Assembly: GCA_037443365.1 (NCBI GenBank)
Contig: JBBIOM010000001.1
Span: forward strand, 97,693-161,692
Length of the DNA stretch: 64,000 nucleotides
Origin: Armatimonadota bacterium
GTDB lineage: Bacteria; Sysuimicrobiota; Sysuimicrobiia; Sysuimicrobiales; Humicultoraceae
Reading direction: 5' to 3'
The notes below the pieces were generated by a model. That model worked only from the letters and a program-made list of their open reading frames with translations, had not been told where the DNA came from and made no database searches. Shown here in pieces: positions 10,524-20,488 of the stretch (positions within the stretch are counted from its first letter, which is position 1; the number at the start of each line of letters is the position of its first letter). Both the position numbers and the translations under genes were made by a program.

Positions 10524-10825
10524 CAAACAGACGCGCCCGCCCCAGTGAGGGGCGGGCGCGCCGCGGTTCCACCCTCGCAACCGCCCGGGACCACTTCGCC
10601 GCGCCCTCTGCGGCCGTTCCCAGACGCTCATCGCGCGTTCTCGGGCGCACCCGGCGGCCTGGGCGATGATCGCCTCTGCGATCACCCTTCGTCCGCTGCT
10701 CAGAGGGGGTATTCCGCCGGCCCGTCCGGCAGGGCTCTCAGCCAGGACCCTGCCTCTCTCGTCCCACCCGCCCCCGGGCGGCCAGAACGGCTCCTCGGCG
10801 TACTCGTCCTCGTCGTCGCCGGTCT
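10524..10825 (-). ncRNA. T-box riboswitch (Thr) with terminator
   Basis: AGTA, AGAGAG and GCTGAGA stem I boxes; specifier GAAT-ACC (10708-10710, Thr); T-box AGGGTGGAACCGCGG; terminator stem 10532-10560 followed by TCTGTTTG. Confidence 0.88.
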
Positions 10826-10833
10826 TCAGGGTC

Positions 10834-10862
10834 ATATTAGGCACCCCATCCTGCGGTGTCAA
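10834..10862 (-). promoter_or_regulatory. Sigma70 promoter of the T-box leader
   Basis: TTGACA-17 nt-TAATAT on minus strand. Confidence 0.75.
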
Positions 10863-10945
10863 TTCGCCGGGCCAGAGGTCGCTGCAAGAGGCGCAGTCCC
10901 ATCGTGGATTGCAGGAGTCCACGCCGGCGTACCGAACAGCCCGGC

Positions 10946-11338
10946 ATGTGCACCACGGCGCTCGCCCTGGTATCCGTCTTCCTGACCGCAACGGCGGTTC
11001 CAGCCCTCGCAACTGAGGACCGTGCCACAATCGCCAGGAACCTGGCCGAGAACGTCCTGGGCAAGGGAACGGTACGCACCAGCAGGATGGCGAACGGCGA
11101 GCGGACCGTAATGATGGTCTGGGAATCGGCCACCTACAAACCCGCCAACCCGCAAGCCAGGACACGAGACCTGCTGCGAGCCGAGGTGCATCTCGTAACC
11201 GAAGGGATCTTCCGGGTGATGACCTCGGTGCAGGACGTGCAGTTCGAGATCGTGCTGGGCAAGAGGTCGCTGGCCTCAGGGGCCGCCCGACGCGCCCAGC
11301 CCATGAGCATCACCTACGCCCGCGATCTGGGCGGGTAG
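10946..11338 (+). CDS. Hypothetical secreted protein
   Basis: Signal-peptide-like N-terminus ending ALA; start uncertain. Confidence 0.6.
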   Translation: MCTTALALVSVFLTATAVPALATEDRATIARNLAENVLGKGTVRTSRMANGERTVMMVWESATYKPANPQARTRDLLRAEVHLVTEGIFRVMTSVQDVQFEIVLGKRSLASGAARRAQPMSITYARDLGG

Positions 11339-11369
11339 CTCAAACGACCTTCCCTTCCGAACTCCCGGG

Positions 11370-11444
11370 TGGTGGGCGCTGCAGGGCTTGAACCTGCGAC
11401 CTCCTCTGCGTCAGAGAGGCGCTCTTCCACTGAGCTAAGCGCCC
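11370..11444 (-). tRNA. tRNA-Val(GAC)
   Basis: GGGCGCTTAGCTCAGTGGAAGAGCGCCTCTCTGACGCAGAGGAGGTCGCAGGTTCAAGCCCTGCAGCGCCCACCA forms a cloverleaf with anticodon GAC and encoded CCA. Confidence 0.96.
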
Positions 11445-11569
11445 GGGCAGTCGTGGCGTTGCACGCGATGCGACTCCATTATAGGGACGGGCCGCACCGG
11501 AGGCAACCTGCCCCGGGCGTTCGCCCGATCACAGGAAAGCGGACGGCACGGCGCGAACGTGGCAGCATC

Positions 11570-13426
11570 ATGAGAACACTCCTGGTACTCCTTGCTGTCC
11601 TGGCGGCCGTAGGCGGACCCGCGGCCGAGGCCTGGGGCAAGTCCTACGACCACCCTGCGATTGATGTCTTATTCCGCCTTCTCCCCGACGGGGATGCGGA
11701 GGTCGAGGAGATACGCGCGTTCCGGTTCCAGGGATCGTTCTCGTGGGCGGAGATCCGGCGCAGGACGGCCGGGCAGTACGGGACCTACGGCATCAGGTAC
11801 GCCGGGGTCTGGGACGCCGACAGCGGCGAGGCGATGATGTTCAAGCAGTCCTCCGACGGGGCCGAGGAGGTCCTGCGGTGGAGCTACAGCGCCGCGGACA
11901 CCACGAAGCGCTTTCGGATTCGGTACCGCATCTCGGGCGCGGTGCAGCGCTACGCCGACGTGGCGCAGTTCTACTGGCAGGCGATCGAGGGGGACCACGC
12001 GCCCATCGGACGGGTCAGGATCACCTTGCGGGCGCCGGAGGCCAGCCCCAACCTGTTCAAGGTCTTCGTGCACGGCAAGGCCCGTCCGGGTGAACTCCGA
12101 ATCGCCCAGGACCACAAGAGTGCTGAGATCACGCAGTCAGACATCCCCGAGACCTCTTTCGTCGAGGTGCGGGTCCTGCTGGATCCCGCGCTCTTCCCGC
12201 GCGCGGCGCTGCGTGAGGGCCAAAGCCACGAGAGCCTGCTCGCGGACGAGCGCCGCCAGTCCGAGGGAGACCGGCGGCAGATGCTGTGGATCCTGGCGGC
12301 CGTGGCCGCGGCGCTGGTTGTTACGGGAGGCCTCATCGGCGCATACGCGTGGACATACGCGCGCTACGGCCGAGAGCCGCAGGTGGCCTACGAGGGGATC
12401 TACGAGCGCGAGCCTCCGCGGGCGATCCCGCCCGCGGTCGTGCCCGCGATCCTCACGCAGTCGGGTGTCAGGAACACCGACATGCCACAGGGCTTCGCAG
12501 CCACCCTGCTCGAGGCCGCACGCCTCGGATACCTCGAGATCGAGCACCGGCAGGGGCGCGGGCTGCTGGGCACGGGCCTGCTGCGCGACGACGACCTGAT
12601 CTACCGGCTCACCGACAAGGGACGCGACCTCCTGTCCGGGCAAGCGCCGCAGGGTCCGGCCCGGGGTCGGGCCCTCGAGGAGTTCGAGGTGAAGGTCCTG
12701 GAGGCAGCCTTCCGCGACGCCGGCAAGGACGACGAGGTGACCAGCGACGAGATCGAGGCATGGGGCAAGCGCATCACCGGGAGCAAGAGCAACTTCCTGC
12801 GCTTCATCGAGGGATGGGGGCCTGACCTGCGCAAGTGGTTCGAGCACAAGTACTTCCGCCTGGACGACGCGGCCAGCGAGCGGGCCAAGGTGCGGTTCAT
12901 CGTGGGCACGGTCATCGCAATGATCGCGGCCTCCGTCTTGACGATGGGCGCCGCCGCGTTCGCGGCCGTTCCCGTGGGCGTGGTGCTCGTCCTCATGGCT
13001 GTCAAGGCGCTCTCGCGCCGCACCCCGGAGGCCGCCCTCGAGGTCAAGCGCTGGGAAGCCTTCCGACGCTTCATGGCCGACTTCTCGGCCATGAAGGAAG
13101 CCGGGCCGGGCCTGCTCGCGCTGTGGGAGACCTACCTCGTGTACGCCACGGCACTGGGCGTGGCCGAGGAGCTGCTCAAGAACCTGAAGCTCGTGGCCGC
13201 GGAGTTCGGCACGAGCGCGTTCCATCCGATCTGGATGCGCGCCGCCTCGGCTGATGGTCGCAGCGGGCAGGCGCTCGCCGGGTTGGGGTCGCTGGAGACG
13301 CTGGCCAAGTCGCTTCAGAACTTCCAGAACCTGTCGCGCGCGCTGTCCAGTTCGTCGGGCAGCGGCGGGGGTTTCAGCGGAGGCGGCGGGGGCGGAGGCG
13401 GCGGAGGCAGCAGCCGGGCCGGGTAG
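11570..13426 (+). CDS. DUF2207-family membrane protein
   Basis: Signal peptide, YWQAI, WEAFRRFM, WETYLVYATALGVA and GGGFSGGGGGGGGG tail. The track start (11369) overlaps the tRNA and was moved. Confidence 0.85.
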   Translation: MRTLLVLLAVLAAVGGPAAEAWGKSYDHPAIDVLFRLLPDGDAEVEEIRAFRFQGSFSWAEIRRRTAGQYGTYGIRYAGVWDADSGEAMMFKQSSDGAEEVLRWSYSAADTTKRFRIRYRISGAVQRYADVAQFYWQAIEGDHAPIGRVRITLRAPEASPNLFKVFVHGKARPGELRIAQDHKSAEITQSDIPETSFVEVRVLLDPALFPRAALREGQSHESLLADERRQSEGDRRQMLWILAAVAAALVVTGGLIGAYAWTYARYGREPQVAYEGIYEREPPRAIPPAVVPAILTQSGVRNTDMPQGFAATLLEAARLGYLEIEHRQGRGLLGTGLLRDDDLIYRLTDKGRDLLSGQAPQGPARGRALEEFEVKVLEAAFRDAGKDDEVTSDEIEAWGKRITGSKSNFLRFIEGWGPDLRKWFEHKYFRLDDAASERAKVRFIVGTVIAMIAASVLTMGAAAFAAVPVGVVLVLMAVKALSRRTPEAALEVKRWEAFRRFMADFSAMKEAGPGLLALWETYLVYATALGVAEELLKNLKLVAAEFGTSAFHPIWMRAASADGRSGQALAGLGSLETLAKSLQNFQNLSRALSSSSGSGGGFSGGGGGGGGGGSSRAG

Positions 13427-13470
13427 GTCCGGCTGCCCAGGACGCCTGGGGATCGCACTGTCGGGGACGA

Positions 13471-14319
13471 CTACCTGCCTGCCTTGGCCCAGCGCTCGAG
13501 CGCCCGGACGCCCGCTGACCCGACCAGCGTCATCATCAGGTAGAGCAGCGCCACCATGTTATAGGTCTCGAAGGCGCGGAAGGTCCGGGCCGAGAGCAGT
13601 CGGCCTGCCTGCGTCAACTCCGGTACGGCTATCGCCGAGGCCAGGGCCGAGTCCTTCAGCAGCGCGATGAGGTCGTTGCCCAGCGGCGGCAGGACGACGC
13701 GCAGCGCCTGGGGCAGGATCACAAAGCGCATCGCCTGCCCGTAGGAGAGACCCAACGAGCGGGCGGCCTCGGTCTGCCCCTTGGGAATGGACTCGATCCC
13801 GGCGCGGTAGATCTCGGCCAGGTACGCCCCGTATCCGATCGCCAGACCCAGTATCGCCCTGTTGAGGTCGCTCCGGATGAGCCGGGTAATGATCTCGGCC
13901 GCGCCGTGGAAGCCCAACGCCCGGGCGGCTCCGGAGAGCGCGGCCGAGACAAGGGGCGCGGCCACGAACGCGATGTAGATCAGCAGAACGAGCAGGGGAA
14001 CCCCGCGCACAACCTCCACGTACAGGGTCGCCGCGGTGTTGATGACAGGCCGCCGGGACAGCCGCATCAGCCCTGCCACCAGCCCGATCACCAGGGCCAG
14101 CGCGTAGGCCGCGAACGTCAGGCGCAGGGTGAGAAGCACCCCGTCCCACAGGAAGGCCAGGGTCTCCTGATAGACGCGGGAGCCGGCTACCACAAAGGCG
14201 ATGCCGGCTCCCGCCGTCAGCAGCACGAGCACCCACCAGGGAAACCGCTCGAGGGCGGACGGGGCAAGCCTGCTGTGGCCGCCGAGGCCGCCTGCGGACG
14301 GTGGGTGACCGGTGGTCAC
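13471..14319 (-). CDS. Polar amino acid ABC transporter permease
   Basis: YVEVVRGVPLLV, AEIYRAGIESIPKGQTEAARSLG, LLKDSAL. Confidence 0.92.
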   Translation of the reverse strand: MTTGHPPSAGGLGGHSRLAPSALERFPWWVLVLLTAGAGIAFVVAGSRVYQETLAFLWDGVLLTLRLTFAAYALALVIGLVAGLMRLSRRPVINTAATLYVEVVRGVPLLVLLIYIAFVAAPLVSAALSGAARALGFHGAAEIITRLIRSDLNRAILGLAIGYGAYLAEIYRAGIESIPKGQTEAARSLGLSYGQAMRFVILPQALRVVLPPLGNDLIALLKDSALASAIAVPELTQAGRLLSARTFRAFETYNMVALLYLMMTLVGSAGVRALERWAKAGR

Positions 14320-14326
14320 GCGCTCC

Positions 14327-15169
14327 CTACTGAGTCGGCGCGCGCTCCACGAACCACTTCTTGTAGAGGGCGTCGAGCGTGCCGTCGTTCCTCATCTGCG
14401 CCAGGGCCGCATCGAACGCCTGCTTGAGTGCCGCATCGCCCTTCTTGATCGCGATCCCCAGGGCCTCGCTCGTGAACGGCTCGCCCACCTTCTTGAGCTT
14501 GCCAGGGTTCACGTTGATGAACCCGTCGGCGGCATAGCTGTCAATGATGACGGCGTCCACGTCCTTGTTGATGAGCGCCTTCACCGCCAGCGCGAAACTA
14601 TCGTAGCGGCGCACGTCACCGACCTTCCCCTCCTTCTGCAGGGCGCTGGCCTTCTCATCGTTGGTGGTCCCGGTCTGCACCGCGACCCTCTTGCCGGTCA
14701 GGGTGTCAACCCCGGTGACGGCCGCCTCGTCCTCGCGCACGAGGACGACCTGACCGTAGCGCAGGTAGGGCTCGCTGAAGTCAAGGGTCTTGCTCCGCTC
14801 CTCAGTGATCGTCACGCCCGAGGCCACGGCGTCGAACTGCCCCTGATCCAGGGCCACGAATATGCCGTCCCAGGCGGTCGTCGTGAATACCGCCTTGCAG
14901 TTTGCGCGCTTGCAGATCTCGGCCAGAAGATCGGGGTCGAAACCGATGATCTGCTTGTTCTCGTCCACGTACTCGAACGGCGGATAGGTCGTGTCGCTGC
15001 CGACCTTGATCTCCCGACCGCCCAGGTCAGCCACCGCGGCGGGCGCCGCGGCCGGCTCCGGAACGGCGGGTGGCACGGTGGCCCGGCGGGGGCCGCGATA
15101 CATGTAGAACAGCGCCGCGACCACGACGACGACAAGCACAACTATGTAGGTCACTGTGCGTCCTCTCAT
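14327..15169 (-). CDS. Polar/basic amino acid ABC substrate-binding protein
   Basis: DTTYPPFE, GFDPDL, TITEER, VQTGTT (SBP family 3). Confidence 0.92.
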   Translation of the reverse strand: MRGRTVTYIVVLVVVVVAALFYMYRGPRRATVPPAVPEPAAAPAAVADLGGREIKVGSDTTYPPFEYVDENKQIIGFDPDLLAEICKRANCKAVFTTTAWDGIFVALDQGQFDAVASGVTITEERSKTLDFSEPYLRYGQVVLVREDEAAVTGVDTLTGKRVAVQTGTTNDEKASALQKEGKVGDVRRYDSFALAVKALINKDVDAVIIDSYAADGFINVNPGKLKKVGEPFTSEALGIAIKKGDAALKQAFDAALAQMRNDGTLDALYKKWFVERAPTQ

Positions 15170-15323
15170 GTGTCTGCCTCCTGGTGGATCACTGGTGGAC
15201 GTGCACGGATGACATGCCTATCCGTTCGCGGCCGACTCCGGGCCTCCTGCCCGCGGACGTCGCTGCACCTTGACGCGGCGCGAGGGGTGAGGAATCCGCC
15301 CACGCCGCGGCGAATCACGCGGC

Positions 15324-15794
15324 ATGACCTGGTGGGCTTGGGGCAAGACGGTGCTACTGGTCACTTGCGTCGCTGCCGCCTCAGCGGCGGGCGCACCAGC
15401 GGTACCGCTGGAAGTCCCCTCGCCGCGGCCCGATCTCGACAGGGCCCTGGCCGGCGACTACCGGCGCGCCCTGGAAGGCCAGGGGTTCCAGGTGGTCTCC
15501 GTGGTCATCACCGACCGCCGGGCCGCGGGCGGGGCGCGCGGCGCGCAGGTCGCCTACCGCACGCGCACGGATGGAACGCCCTCTGCGCTGAGGCCCGAGG
15601 TCGTGCGCGTCATTGCGCCGGCGGCCAACCCCCGCCTGGCGCTCGATGTCATCACCGTCCGGGTGATGCGGCGTGACGGCTCCCTGGCGGCGACAATCAC
15701 GGTCTCCGTGACCGTCCTCGACCGCTGGCTCAAGGCGCAGATGAGCGACGACGAGTTCTTCGGACGGTGGTCCGTGCGCCGGGGCTCACCCTAG
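15324..15794 (+). CDS. Hypothetical secreted protein
   Basis: Signal-peptide-like N-terminus; fills the gap between known genes. Confidence 0.55.
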   Translation: MTWWAWGKTVLLVTCVAAASAAGAPAVPLEVPSPRPDLDRALAGDYRRALEGQGFQVVSVVITDRRAAGGARGAQVAYRTRTDGTPSALRPEVVRVIAPAANPRLALDVITVRVMRRDGSLAATITVSVTVLDRWLKAQMSDDEFFGRWSVRRGSP

Positions 15795-17144
15795 GGCGTC
15801 GCGCTCGAGGGTAGCGACGGCCTCGACGTGGTGCGTCTGGGGGAACAGGTCGAACGGCTGTACGTCCACCAGCCTGTACCCGAACGGCGCGAGCTCCTTC
15901 AGGTCGGGCGCGAGCGTGGTAGGGTTGCACGACACGTAGATGACCCTGCGTGCGCCGCTTCGACCTATCTTGCGCATGACCTTGCCGCCGGCGCCGGCGC
16001 GGGGTGGGTCCAGCACCAGCACGTCCGGCGCGCCATGCGACGCGACCACCGCGGGGAGCACCAGCCGCGCATCGCCGGCTGCGAACTCTGCCCCGTGCAG
16101 GTCGTTGAGGGCTGCGTTCGCAGCCGCGGCATCCGCCGAGGCGCGCACCAATTCGACGCCGACAACGCGCGCGCCCGCACGTGCCAGCGGCAGCGCGAAG
16201 GTGCCAACCCCGCAGTAGAGGTCCACCACGCGGGCGCCGGCAAGCGGCCCGGCGCGTTCGATCACGTGCTCTATCATCTTGGCGGCCTGCGCGGTGTTCG
16301 TCTGGAAGAAGGTATCGAGCCCGATCCGAAAGCGCAGGCCTGCCAGTTGCTCCTCAAGGAAACCGCTACCGTGGAGGGTCTCGACCGACGAGGGTGGGGC
16401 GCCGTCGGAGGCCGCCGTCACCACTCCCCGCACGACGCCGGTGATCCCGGGCACCGTCTGAACTACTTCCTCGACGAACGCACGCGACGCCGGAAACGGT
16501 CCCACTGACGTCAACAGTCCGACCAGGCGGTCGCCGGTCCCTTTGGCCTCGCGGATCACGAGCGAGCGCAGGAACCCAGCGTGGGTCCTCGGATCGTAGG
16601 GAGCCAGGCCGCTTCGTCGAACGAACTCCCGCACCGCGGCTACGAGCGCGACCGACTCGCTCGACTGCAGGAAGCAGGCCTCGACTGGCACGATCCGGTT
16701 CCACTCCCCACGGCGGTGGAGCCCCAGCACACCGTCGGGATGAAACGAGAACTCCATCTTGTTGCGGTAGTACCAGGGGGCCGGCGCCGGCACGATCGGG
16801 CGCACGGCGGCCTCGACGATGCCGCCCAGGTGAGCCAGGCTCTCCCGAACGATCGCCTCCTTGGCGCGGGCCTGCGCCGCGTAGGCGATGTGCTGCCAGA
16901 TGCAGCCCCCGCAGGGGCCGAAGTGAGGACAGCGTGGCTGGATGCGGTCGTTCGATGCGACCTCGACCGCGACGACCTCGGCCTCAACGTAGGACCTCCT
17001 TGCGCGCAGGACGCGCGCCCGCACCACATCGCCCGGCACGGCGCCGGCCACGAACACGACCAGCCCGCCCAGGCGGCCAACCCCTCTCCCCCCGTAGGCG
17101 AGACGGTCCACCACCACCCTGATCTCATCGCCGCGCTTCAGCAT
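15786..17144 (-). CDS. rlmD: 23S rRNA (uracil-5)-methyltransferase RlmD
   Basis: TRAM domain, CPHFGPCGGC, YRNKMEF, FFQTN, DLYCGVG, DPPRAG, YVSCNP, DLFPQTHHVE. Confidence 0.93.
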   Translation of the reverse strand: MLKRGDEIRVVVDRLAYGGRGVGRLGGLVVFVAGAVPGDVVRARVLRARRSYVEAEVVAVEVASNDRIQPRCPHFGPCGGCIWQHIAYAAQARAKEAIVRESLAHLGGIVEAAVRPIVPAPAPWYYRNKMEFSFHPDGVLGLHRRGEWNRIVPVEACFLQSSESVALVAAVREFVRRSGLAPYDPRTHAGFLRSLVIREAKGTGDRLVGLLTSVGPFPASRAFVEEVVQTVPGITGVVRGVVTAASDGAPPSSVETLHGSGFLEEQLAGLRFRIGLDTFFQTNTAQAAKMIEHVIERAGPLAGARVVDLYCGVGTFALPLARAGARVVGVELVRASADAAAANAALNDLHGAEFAAGDARLVLPAVVASHGAPDVLVLDPPRAGAGGKVMRKIGRSGARRVIYVSCNPTTLAPDLKELAPFGYRLVDVQPFDLFPQTHHVEAVATLERDALG

Positions 17145-17244
17145 TCCGACCTCCGGGCGCAATCGTACCACTCGCGGAGGGGCGTGCCCATCCGGGTTGC
17201 GCCCCCAGCAGGCACGGCCACCGCTGCCCGCGAACTAGCCGGGC

Positions 17245-17778
17245 ATGGACCTCTATCGCTGCGTTGTCAGCAAGCGCGACCTGCGGACGTTCACCGATCA
17301 GCCCATTGATCCGGACGCCCTGCGACGGATACTGGAGGCCGGCCGGCGGTCCGGCAGCGCGCGCAACCGGCAGCCATGGCAGTTCGTCGCCGTCACCGAG
17401 CGCGACCTGCTGCGGCGCCTTGCCGCGTGCGGCCGCTTCGCCGCGCACCTGGCGTCGTCCGCCGCCGCGGTAGTGGTTCTGGTTGAGGACCGCGGCCAGA
17501 TGTTCGACGCCGGGCGATGCGCGCAGTCTATGATGCTGGCGGCATGGAGCATGGGGGTGGCCTCGTGCCCTGTAACGCTGCACCACGAGGCAAAGACCCG
17601 CGCGGCGCTGGGCATACCCGAAGGCCCTGTGGTGGCCACGGCGATCGCCCTGGGCTACCCCGACCCGAGAGGGCGCGGGCGCCTGGAGCGGATCTCGCTG
17701 CGCGTCCTCGTCGGAAGGGGCCGCAAACCGCTGGCGGAACTGGTGCACTGGAACCAATATGGCCGGCGTCTGCTATAA
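17245..17778 (+). CDS. Nitroreductase family protein
   Basis: SARNRQPWQF, AQSMMLAAWSMGVASC, IALGYP. Confidence 0.88.
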   Translation: MDLYRCVVSKRDLRTFTDQPIDPDALRRILEAGRRSGSARNRQPWQFVAVTERDLLRRLAACGRFAAHLASSAAAVVVLVEDRGQMFDAGRCAQSMMLAAWSMGVASCPVTLHHEAKTRAALGIPEGPVVATAIALGYPDPRGRGRLERISLRVLVGRGRKPLAELVHWNQYGRRLL

Positions 17779-17788
17779 TACTGCCGCA

Positions 17789-18589
17789 ATGGGACGCCGC
17801 TCATGCCGGTTGGCCTTCACAGCGCTCGTCGTCCTGGTGCTGACCATTCCGTCCCTGGCCCAGGGACTCTCGATAGACACGCTCATCGCGCGCATCCTCA
17901 CCGATCCCTACCCGCAGCCCTACACCATGACCGCGGACTTCTCGGCGCGCATGATCTTCAACATGACCACGGGGCGAATTGACGTCTTTGCCGCGGGCAC
18001 CATTCTCGAGTCGCGCGCGGCGGCCGGCGAGCCCCGCCGACGCAAGGCCACGCTCACCCGGCTCGACATCCCGCTGCTGCTGCGGCCGTTCGCGAGCTCG
18101 ATCAGGCGAACGGTCACCGATCTGGTCGAGGCCGAGCCCAGGCCTGCTGAGTTCTTGCCGACCATGGACGTGTTCATCGTCGAGGAGCGCCCCGGAGGCC
18201 GCGCCCTGGTAGGCGGCGTCCGGCAGGACATCGTAACCGACACCATGGTTCGGTACAACCAGGCTGCCAACCTGAAGGACCCCGCTTCGAGGCGGGCGAT
18301 CGCCCGATGGCTGTGGTCCCCGCCCAAGCGCCCCTCGATCGTGCGCGGGGGGCCCGGCCCGTACATGATCTCGGCCATGGCTGATGAAGCAGGTCTCCTG
18401 CACCAGCTCTCGCTGTTCTACGACTGGGGCGAGCTTTCGAACAGGTTCGCCTTCGCGAGCGTGTCAGGCCGGCCCTTCTGGCGCGAGATCGTCACCGACA
18501 CCTCGTCGGAGTTCGTGGGGCTCGGGCGCGTGGACGCTACGATCGCGCTGCAGATAACGAACCACTGCCTGAACTGCCCGGCGCGATAA
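17789..18589 (+). CDS. Hypothetical secreted protein
   Basis: Signal peptide ending SLA-Q; TGCTATAAT extended -10 at 17771-17779. Confidence 0.65.
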   Translation: MGRRSCRLAFTALVVLVLTIPSLAQGLSIDTLIARILTDPYPQPYTMTADFSARMIFNMTTGRIDVFAAGTILESRAAAGEPRRRKATLTRLDIPLLLRPFASSIRRTVTDLVEAEPRPAEFLPTMDVFIVEERPGGRALVGGVRQDIVTDTMVRYNQAANLKDPASRRAIARWLWSPPKRPSIVRGGPGPYMISAMADEAGLLHQLSLFYDWGELSNRFAFASVSGRPFWREIVTDTSSEFVGLGRVDATIALQITNHCLNCPAR

Positions 18590-18596
18590 TACCGCC

Positions 18597-18926
18597 GTGC
18601 GTATCGAGTTCCTGTACTGGGAGGACTGCCCCTCGCACACCGAAGCCCTGGAGCGGCTGCGGCAGGTGATGCTCGAAGAAGGCCTCCCCGACCGGGTGGA
18701 ACTGGTGCGCATCGCCTCGCAGGATGACGCGGTCCGCCACGGCTTTCCAGGATCACCCACTGTCCGCATCAACGGCGAGGACCTTCAACCCGAGGGTGCA
18801 CGGGGAGGCGCGGTGCTGACCTGCCGCACCTATCGCACGGAGGACGACCGGCTCTCGCCGCTGCCCACGGCAACCATGCTCCGGAGGGCTCTTCGGGCGG
18901 CCCGCCGGGAGACCCAAGGAGGATGA
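18597..18926 (+). CDS. Thioredoxin-like protein (DUF2703-like)
   Basis: WEDCPSH, FPGSPTVRINGED, CRTY. Confidence 0.75.
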   Translation: MRIEFLYWEDCPSHTEALERLRQVMLEEGLPDRVELVRIASQDDAVRHGFPGSPTVRINGEDLQPEGARGGAVLTCRTYRTEDDRLSPLPTATMLRRALRAARRETQGG

Positions 18927-19462
18927 TCATGCCCCTGGCCATTGGCGAGGAGATCGTGCACTTCACGCTGCCGGCAACCGACGGCTCGAGCGTCTCACCC
19001 GACCAGTTCGCCGACCGACCGGTGCTGGGCGTTGTGTTCTGGTGCAACCACTGCCCCTACGTCAAGGCGTGGGAGGACAGGCTGATCGCGATCCAGCGCG
19101 AGTACGCCGGAAGAGGCGCGTCGCTGGTCCTGATCAATAGCAACGATCCGGTGGCGTACCCTGACGACTCATTCGAGGCCATGAAGATTCGCTCGCAGGA
19201 GAAGGCCTACCCCTTCCCCTACCTGTTCGACGAGTCGCAGCAGGCCGCCCGGGGCTACGGCGCGACGCGCACGCCCGAGATCTTCCTGTTCGATCGTGCG
19301 CGCGTCCTGCGCTACCACGGAGCGCCCGACGACAACTTCGAGCGCGCCGAGGCGGTGACCGAGCACTACCTGAGGGACGCCCTCGACGCGCTGCTGGCCG
19401 GCCGCGCTCCGTCGAAGGCGACCACGCCTCCCAAGGGTTGCACGATCAAGTGGCGCCCGTAG
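18923..19462 (+). CDS. Thioredoxin/AhpC-TSA family protein
   Basis: CNHCPYV, YPFPYLFDESQ, TPEIFLFD, GCTIKW. Confidence 0.9.
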   Translation: MIMPLAIGEEIVHFTLPATDGSSVSPDQFADRPVLGVVFWCNHCPYVKAWEDRLIAIQREYAGRGASLVLINSNDPVAYPDDSFEAMKIRSQEKAYPFPYLFDESQQAARGYGATRTPEIFLFDRARVLRYHGAPDDNFERAEAVTEHYLRDALDALLAGRAPSKATTPPKGCTIKWRP

Positions 19463-19484
19463 GAAGGCCTGGCCCTCTGCCGGG

Positions 19485-20480
19485 CTAGGGCCGCAGCACC
19501 GCCGCGGCGCGCAGTTCGCGTCGCTTCAGGCGCGCCAGCACCTCGTTGGCCGCCTCCAGCGGATGCGCCTCCGCCTCCACGCGCAAGGGGACCTGTGCGG
19601 CCAAGCGCATGAAGCCCACCGCGTCGGCGCGCGTCAGGTGGCTGACGGTGCGCAAGACGCGCTCACCGTACAGCGCCGCGTAGGGCATCTCTGGTATGCG
19701 GTCCAGCGTCACGGCATTGATGGCGACCACGCCGCCTGGCCGCACGCCGCGCAAGGCCTCGACCACGACGTCGCCCGCAGGCGCGAACACCACGGCGCGA
19801 TCGAAGGGTCGCTCGGGCGCCGTCCCAGGATGGCCCACCCAGGCGGCGCCGAGAGCAGCGGCCAGGCCGCGGTGCTCCTCGCCGCGGGTGACCACGCCGA
19901 CCTCGCATCCCCAGTGGTGCGCGACCTGGATCGCCAGATGGGCGGACGCGCCGAAGCCGTAGAGCCCCAGGCGCTCGCCCGGGCGCAGTCCGGCGACGCG
20001 CAGCGAGCGGAAGCCGATCACGCCCGCGCAGAGCAGAGGCGCCGCGCGCACATCGTCGAAGCGATCGGGTACCGGCACGACGAAGCCGGCATCGGCGACC
20101 GCATGGACGGCGAAGCCGCCGTCCACGTCGTAGCCGGTGAACGAGGCGTGCGGGCAGAGGTTCTCCTCCCCCCTGGCGCAGGAGGCACAGGATCCGCAGG
20201 CGCGGGCCAGCCAGGTCACGCCCACTCGCCTCCCCTCCAGATCAGGAGGCGCGCCCGGGCCGAGCCGGTCGATCTCCCCCACGATCTGGTGCCCTGGGAT
20301 CACGTGCGGCCGGCGGGGCGGCAGGTCGCCCTCTACGATGTGCAGATCGGTGTGACAGACCCCGCACGCTCTCACGCGGATGCGCACCTGGCCGCTGCCC
20401 GGGAGCGGCGCCTCGCACTCCCCGAGCACGAGCGGCGCGGCCTCGATCGGTGCGGGCGCGAGCAGCCGGGCGGCCAGCAC
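19485..20480 (-). CDS. Zinc-dependent alcohol dehydrogenase family protein
   Basis: CGVCHTDLH, GHQIVG, CGSCASC...C, LLCAG, GLYGFGASAH. Confidence 0.9.
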   Translation of the reverse strand: MLAARLLAPAPIEAAPLVLGECEAPLPGSGQVRIRVRACGVCHTDLHIVEGDLPPRRPHVIPGHQIVGEIDRLGPGAPPDLEGRRVGVTWLARACGSCASCARGEENLCPHASFTGYDVDGGFAVHAVADAGFVVPVPDRFDDVRAAPLLCAGVIGFRSLRVAGLRPGERLGLYGFGASAHLAIQVAHHWGCEVGVVTRGEEHRGLAAALGAAWVGHPGTAPERPFDRAVVFAPAGDVVVEALRGVRPGGVVAINAVTLDRIPEMPYAALYGERVLRTVSHLTRADAVGFMRLAAQVPLRVEAEAHPLEAANEVLARLKRRELRAAAVLRP

Positions 20481-20488
20481 TGTGGCGC

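Noticed and set aside
11370-11444. tRNA-Val as an integration site for an island
   Set aside because: No integrase or duplicated tRNA 3' end seen in the window.
13355-13426. Gly/Ser-rich run as a second RiPP-like peptide
   Set aside because: Normal C-terminal tail of DUF2207 proteins.
13471-15169. Amino acid ABC system lacking an ATPase as an anomaly
   Set aside because: Shared or remote ATPase genes are common.
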